DNA of 64,000 bases from Octopus sinensis (taxonomy: Eukaryota), in contig NC_042999.1 of assembly GCF_006345805.1 (NCBI RefSeq), positions 155,000,001-155,064,000 on the forward strand. The letters are read 5' to 3'. Of this stretch, positions 56,601 through 64,000 are shown piece after piece. The stretch's first letter is position 1, and the number at the start of each line of letters is the position of its first letter. The position numbers were made by a program, and so were the translations under genes. The notes beneath the pieces are model-generated. The model made no database searches and was not told the origin of the DNA. It saw only the letters and a program-made list of their open reading frames with translations.

Positions 56601-59270
56601 ACAGTGATTAACTCTTTTGTTACCATATTTCTATTGAAACACATTACCGCTGTTTTAAGTAATTTAGAAAATAATGAAAAATTTAGTAAAATATCCATCA
56701 TATTAATTTGCAGTCTGAAACAAAAATTATAAAATTTTGAGGATAAGATTTAAATGTAAATCACATTAAGACAAAAAGTTTATATCATAAAACTTAGAGC
56801 AGTTTCAAAAAGTTTAAAATGAACTTTTGAAAGTAACTTCCAGAAAGAGTTAAGTATACGTTTGTCTTAAATATTAGTGAGTTATGTATACAAAAAGATT
56901 GTCTTCCTTGAAAAGAATCCATGTCCTGTTTTGTAGAGGGCATGGCTTGCTGGTGCTAATAATCAAGTAACATAACTCTTCTGTTCCTGTTAGGTTTCCT
57001 GTCCCATGAAAAAAAAAGAACAAATTCTTTTAAACTTTTACATAACATGCAAAGATAAAAATGGTTGTGAGAGTAAAAGTGCTACACTACGAACCACATG
57101 AACCCAAGTGCAACCCCTACTTCAATCTTTTCACTGTTTCCTTATATAAAATATCAATTCTACCTGCTCTAGACTACACTAAAAATAAATACGGATCCCA
57201 TTTATTCCTTTAGGCATGTAGCTGTAAATACAACTGATGTAATAATATTATAAATATTTCAACTATTTGAAAATCTTTTAAGCACAAACTTGAGACAGAA
57301 AAGAACAAAAGGTCCACTGACAAAATATTCATCCTCATCATCATCATTTAATGTCCGTTTTCTGTGTTGATATGGGTTGGACAGTTTGACAAGAGCTGGA
57401 GAGTTGTGGCAGGCTCCAGTTGTCTGTTTTGGCATGGTTTCTATGGCTGGATGCTCCTCCTGGTGCCGGACACTTTACAGAGTGTACTGTGTGCTTTTTA
57501 TGTGAAACCAGTGCCAGTGGGGTTGTTAAGTAATTTATTGCGAGAAGGAGGGGAATTGAGGGAAGTGGTTGTGTTCCAGGCAAGGGGTTAGAGTATGATA
57601 GAGGGACAGGAATAGTTGTCTTACTATAAATGTGATACTTGGCCATCCCGGTAGAACAAAGAATAAGGTAGGTGCAAGAGAGAGAGGAACCATATATTGG
57701 GTGGGCGAGTTAACCTTATTATCAATCAACTGATAGTGTGTCTGCTGTTATTAGCTCTTAAATTAAGTTCTGTGAATCAAATTTTAGTGTTATTTTCTGT
57801 CTCAGATTACTGCTTAAAATGTCTAATTTTGCACCAGCATTTTGACAGTCGTAATTAGGCAAACCATTCCACAAATGTTAACTAAGAAATCCATCATCAT
57901 AATTGTTTTAAGATCATTGTTCCCACATTTGTAGGGGTCAAACAAGATTTCCTGTCTTGGTGCTCACCCTGTGGCCAATCATCATCTGTTTCCAAGCAAG
58001 GTAGTATTTTTTTTAGACTAGATATATTTTTTACAGAAGTCTACTAACAAACAGCATCATATTTGTATAAACGGTGGCTTTGTGTACATTCAGTATGCAG
58101 CGTCATGACAGAAACACACACACACACATATACTGATAAGGAAATAATTTATTCTCAAATGCAGAATAATGCTAACAGGATAAACTATCAATATTTTGCA
58201 GAAAAATTTGCCAATCCTGTTCCTGCTATTAGCATTATTCTGTATTTGAGAATATATTATTTCCTTATCTGTATCTTTCAATACATCTCAATGCTTCTAA
58301 AGCAAACTTTGCTTACTTTCTTCGTAATTTGAATTTATATATATATATATATATGCACACACACGCTACTGGTCTTATCATTTTCCATCGGCCAAATTCA
58401 CTTACAAGACACGGTTTAAGTCGAAGACATTTGCCGAAGGAGCAACACAGTGGTACTGCACCTAAAACCAGATGGTTGCAATCTGACATTCTTAACTATA
58501 CAATTTATTGTGGTTAAAGAACTATATGAAATAGTTTTCAAAAGTAGATTTTTATCATGTAGTGTCTCATCTCAGTGAGAAAGGTTCTAATTTCACTGGA
58601 ATTTTATACTCAGAAATTTTCTCCCTACTTCTACTTTTCCTACAAACCACATGCAGGACATCAAACATATCAGTCTCCTGTTTCTGGGAGAATTAATTTT
58701 GATAGTTGTGGGCATTGTCTCTCCATCTCTGGCTAATCTATAAAAACAAGAACACTATTGGCTTTGGGTAGCTCAATCCCAGGTTATCAGTTAAATTACA
58801 CATGGATATAACAATATTTAGAAATATTAATGATTTTTTAAAATTTAAAAACAATGAAAAGTGGTGGACGCAAACTGTGTCCTGGTTTAATTCCACTACC
58901 TGGTCCTTGGAGACCATTGTGTTACTGGTATTCAGGTCAAGGCTCTTATCTGAAGATAATATCTTCCTTTCTTCTCATCCATTTTGCAGACTCAGAATAG
59001 CATCATAGGTTTTGTGCTTCCTCCTCTCACTAAGTGTTATTATCATCCTCTTTTTAATGGTTGGATGGAGTTTGTTGAGGCAGATTCTCAACGGCTGAAT
59101 GCTCTTCCTGTTGCCAACCCTTACCTGTTTCCAAGCAAGGTAATAATTTCTCTTTGGCCAGACATGTTTTCACGGAAGACTAGAAACAAAGGTGTCAAGA
59201 GAAAGAAACATAGAGGACGCTTGTTCAGACTTCCTCAAGAAATTTTCACAAGTGTTGTGTGTGTGCTTAT

Positions 59271-59570
59271 ATCATCATCATCATCATTGTTTAACGTCCG
59301 CTTTCCATGCTAGCATGGGTTGGAGGATTTGACTGAGGACTGGCGAACCAGATGGCTGCACCATCTCCAATTTGATATGGCAGAGTTTCTACAACCACTC
59401 TGAGAGTGTAGTGGGTGCTTTTACATGCCACCTGCACAGGAGCCAGTCCAGCGGCACTGGCAATGACCTCGCTCGAATGTTTTTCACATGTCACTGGCAC
59501 AAGTGCCAGTAAGGCGATGCTGGTAACGATCACGTTTGAATGGTGCTTTTTATGTGCCACCGGCACGATA
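59271..59570 (-). mobile_element. Family C retroelement
   Basis: ATCATCATC tail followed by TTTAACGTCCGCTTTCCATGCTAGC. Confidence 0.85.
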
Positions 59571-61219
59571 TAAAATATAGTGAAATGGTATTAAAACAAT
59601 GATGATAACTATTAGGAGCTGAAGATGAGATGAATATGTTTGGTGTGTTTTTTTTTTGTGTTGTTGAATGTGAATCTTTTGTATTTTGTGTTCTCACAGT
59701 TCAAAGTTGTCGTTCATTGAAATTCTAGTTCCTGTAGAAATATAATTATTGTTTCTGTTCAGAAGATTAGAGGAGACATCACCTTGCTTGGAAACAGATG
59801 AGGGTTAGTGACAGAGAAAGCATCCATCTGTAGGAAATCTGCGTCAACGAATTTCGTCTGGCCTGTATAGAAAAGTGGGCATAAAAATAACGCTGCTGTT
59901 ATCATCAATGATACAGGCTTTTATTTATTTAGATTTACTTAATATGGTTTTACATATTTTATATTTTCTGTTTCAAAGAAATAATTCAAAAACATTTACA
60001 TTTTTCTATGGTTCACAGATTTGAAATCTTGAATTAAATATTCACCAGTGTTGTGTAAAATTATAAACCATTTCAAGTGGTACGTTTATTTTCTAGAATA
60101 TTCTCTCTTCCAATCACTTTGTTCCAATTCCATTCCCTGATGTGCTTTTGCCATTTATGACTCCATAATACTTCTCATAAAAGACCCCTTTTTTTTCCTT
60201 TTTTTTTTTTACTTGGGGAGTTTTAGAAAATCTGCATGGAATCAGTCTGTTTTGTTTCAAAATGTTAAATTTAAAAGATTTGTTGTTAAGTTCCAGATCA
60301 TCTCTGATTTGGCAGACCTTTGACCAAAGACATTCCAGTGAGGACCATCCTTCCCCACCTTTTTTTTTTTTTTGTTACAGATATAGTGCATTTGTGACTC
60401 CATTTTCCAGTATATACTTTTTTTTAAAGAAAAAAGGAAAAATGATAGCATTTGATTTGAAGGAAATTTACCTGCTTTTTCTAGCAGGCTGAGTTTTATG
60501 AAAGTTGGTGATTAAAGATAGCGATATGTATTGTATTCCAATACGACTTTAGTTTGTGTTGGAACATCTGACTTTGTAATAAATTCAGTGAACCTTGGTG
60601 ATATTTGTATGCTCTATTCTATATCATGCAATGAAAAACTAAAGGAAGAAAAAAAACAGGGAAGTTTTTAAAAATGAAGTTCTTTAATGAAATTACATAA
60701 CATTAGACCTCATTTATGTTAACGATCGTTTCGTATGGATATGTTATGTTATGAAAGAAATATAGGATATCCTGTAATGATGGGGGACATGTTCTATTTG
60801 TAGTCTACAAGATCATGGGTGCTCAACCATGTGGAACGAGACAATTGGGCACAGCTATTTGGCCATTGATGCTTTGGCACAGCTGACTGAACATTCAACC
60901 TTTTTTGGGGATGGTATGTTTTGGCACTGGAGGCAAACGCATACACATACATACACACATTTAGAAATACAGATAAAAAGAGTAAGAGATAAATATTATC
61001 ATCATCATTTGACATCCATTTTTCATTTTGGCATGGGTTGGACAGTTTGACCAGAACTGGCAAGTCGGAAGATTGTGCAAAGCTCCTGTGTTTATTTTGG
61101 CATGGCTTTTATGGTTGGATGCCCTTCCTAAAGCCAACCACTTTATAGAGTGGACTGGATTTTTATATGGCACTATCACTGGTAAGATCCAGCACCAACA
61201 ATAAAAATCTACATACAGA

Positions 61220-61685
61220 CTAGCCATTTTGACCCATGCTTTGCTCAGGTTTTGGTGGTGATGTTGTTTTGTGCATGTTGTCTCCTTTTCCCTTTTTTCT
61301 TTTGTTCGTCTTCTTTGCCTGGTTCTTTTTATTGCCCTCTTCTTTACCCTCCTTTCCAAAATCCCCCAAATTTTTACACCCACAATTAAAGATAACCGCC
61401 TCTAGCCCCTGTAGCAACACGAAAAGCCACCATTATTCAAACATCACAAGCTGTATATCCCGTAAAACTCGATTTTTTCCATATTCCTCACCATGGCAAC
61501 CAAACGGTAGCCCTGAGTAACTTGCAACCCCCCTCACACCATTGCCCACCCCATTTTACCCCCGGTGTAAATTTTGGTGCCAATCCGACCCCATCTACCG
61601 CCCCTTAAACCGTTCCCATCCCAAAATGAGACAAACAACCAAGAAATCAAACAACTTTTTCGCATTTCAGCTTTATAGATATTGA
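61220..61685 (-). mobile_element. Non-autonomous Helitron-like element (paralogue of 9461-9934)
   Basis: A|CTAG start, degenerate hairpin, collinear similarity to 9461-9934, ends TTTATAGATATTGA|T. Confidence 0.75.
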
Positions 61686-64000
61686 TAAAAAGAGAGAAAA
61701 AGATTACATTAATTATTCCTGTTAATTAATCCTATTAATTAATCAATTAATAAATTGTAAACCCTCTCCCTCTCATCATATACATAAAGAGAAACATACT
61801 TACATGGATAAACAGAGAAAGTGGTGGGGAGAATGAAAGAAACATTAAATGTTTGATATCAAAAAAGTCAGCATCGAACCAACAATGCCAAAAACGGCCG
61901 TGCCAATATGTTTCGTATTCTCAGTCACATTTGTTCTTGTTCTCGTGACTTACATATATACTGTATCCCATCTTTAGGGGATACCCTGGATTTAATTTAT
62001 ATCTTATTTTCCTTATAATGGTTCAATTATTTTTTTTTTTTCAAATTTATGTATAAAGAAATTTGTTGTGTATATTCACTCCATGCTTGTGTATATAAAT
62101 AAATGTGTACCTGTATGTGCAATATATAATATATATATATTGTGTGTATAGATATGTGAATGAGTTTCATTGTATATTTATCTTCTCGAAAGTTATGTAA
62201 TCTATTATATTTATTCAATATTTCTGTTTAAATGTTTTCCTTGTACTAATTGTTTTTATTATTTGTAATGTTATAGTCAACTTGTATTAGTAATAATAAT
62301 AACAATTATTATTATTATTATTATTGATTTGATTTTTCTAAAAAATTTTTATTTAATACATTAAACAATAAAGTCCAATCTCCAATACTATTCACTGTTG
62401 TGTTTGCTCTTGTTTTCATAGACTTGATCCATTTTGTTGATTTCCAGCATTGACTGGCATAAAGTCACTCTCAGACATAAACCAGCCCCTTATCTACTGG
62501 TGTACTGTCTCATTTTTTGATTTTCTACCACTACTGTGATGGCCTCTGCTCTTCAAATCTGGCTGAACTCATATCACCTCCACTCAGGGATCCCTGTCTC
62601 ACTTGTCTCTCCTCCTTTCATCACCTTTGTAGCGTCCAAGCCTAACTCTGTGCCTTGCACTGATCCCAGCACCCAAACTTTTCCTTCCCAGAACATTGTT
62701 CCTCTGGAGTTCCAACCCTACTCATGTCTTTCCCATACGTGTTGACTTACAAAAGTTCAAGAAGAATACAAAGGGCATCAACTCCACAGGTCTAAGTGAA
62801 CCTGCAAAGACCATGAGCAGAGATCTTTTCTCCATCCAGACGCAACAAGTGTGAAACAAAAAAACACCAAATGTTCAAACTGCATATCAACATATACAAA
62901 TGATGTTTATCAAAATTATTTGTTAATTTTTGTAACCAATCCATATTTTAAACCTTTTTGTTTCCATGTTCTTATATATGCATGTTTATGTGTATATGTC
63001 TGCTTCTTTGACATGGCATTATGCAGTAGTTGTCAGTGAATGTTACCGTCATACAAGTGGTGTCATTCGTTTCCTATCTTCCCTGAAAACATGTCCAGTT
63101 ATGAGTAAAAATACCTTGCTTAGAAACATGTGAGAGTTTGCGTCAGGAAGGGCTTCAAGCCATGGAATATCCGTTTCAACGAAATCCTGGCATAGAAAAA
63201 GTGAACGATTATATACATATATAAAGTCGTCTTAGAATCTATAAGTCATAAAAAATAAGCAATCATATTTATCAATAGAAGAGGTATATTAAAGTATACA
63301 GTATCATGGATCTATTTCAGCTGAACGTCTCGATCGGTTTTGTACAGGTTATTTTATAACATATAACAGCAGCTAACTAAAATCATGTGCTCCTGCCATC
63401 TCTGAAGAACACATGGTTTTAGTTACCCACCCTAATATCCGATGTGAAACTGATTGGTAAGATCGGCTGAAATGAATCTATAATAATGTATACTTTGATT
63501 AAGTATGTATGTATATATATATATATAGAGAGAATAACTATACAAATGAATCCTTTGAATTTAGCTAAATTCTATATTTTTATGCAGCTGAAGATTGCTC
63601 TACATTTTAAAACTGATGTAATATTTTCATTGTTCTATTAAATGGAGTCGCATGAAACGATCGTACTTCATTACCTCTGGATATCCTTGTTGCTTATTTT
63701 GATTGTAATCACCCCATTTTGAATTATATGGATAATACCATACTAAATTCTGGTGCCTTTAACGTAAGTACCATATTCAACTGAATCTATATATATATGT
63801 ATGCATATATTGTGTATGACGGTTACTGTTGAGTTTAGAGCTCCATGTAGATTATCATCATCCAGTCCTCTTTAAGTATAGTGGTTTGGTTACTTCTATA
63901 CTTGGTAACTATATTTACTAATTATACAGAGCAAATGTCGGAGAAATTATGATAAACACAAGTTTGTATCGTGTCCTCTTAGTATGTGTCACCGTTGTAG

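Noticed and set aside
1-64000. Prokaryotic, horizontally transferred or defence-system genes; rRNA; snoRNA
   Set aside because: No long intronless ORFs, operon structure or recognisable structural-RNA sequence was seen.

Overview
AT-rich, microsatellite- and repeat-dense eukaryotic genomic DNA. The SINE, LINE and MITE families match what I recall from Octopus (coleoid cephalopod), so the organism is inferred, not proven. One confident protein-coding gene: a + strand Golgin-45/BLZF1 orthologue with 7 coding exons, join(12970..13278,18564..18827,24614..24690,26658..26780,27979..28107,30762..30999,53336..53509), 1314 nt = 437 aa + stop. All six introns are GT-AG with consistent phases, and the last intron is 22.3 kb. 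The rest is nested transposable elements: tRNA-derived SINEs, RTE/RTE-X/CR1 LINE fragments, Helitron-like elements, TTAA-flanked piggyBac-type MITEs, foldback elements, Penelope-type remnants and an LTR/PBS remnant. Most ORFs in the supplied track are artefacts of microsatellites and repeats. I found no CRISPR array, rRNA, intact tRNA gene or convincing novel multi-gene system. The most notable observations are a perfect 164-bp-arm intronic hairpin, hammerhead-ribozyme motifs in Penelope-type repeats, tandem MITE arrays sharing one spacer at two loci, an in-frame uORF before the BLZF1 start, and an unclassified exon-like/decayed-coding island at 0.8-2.7 kb with paired CRE palindromes. Repeat boundaries were read by eye and are approximate.
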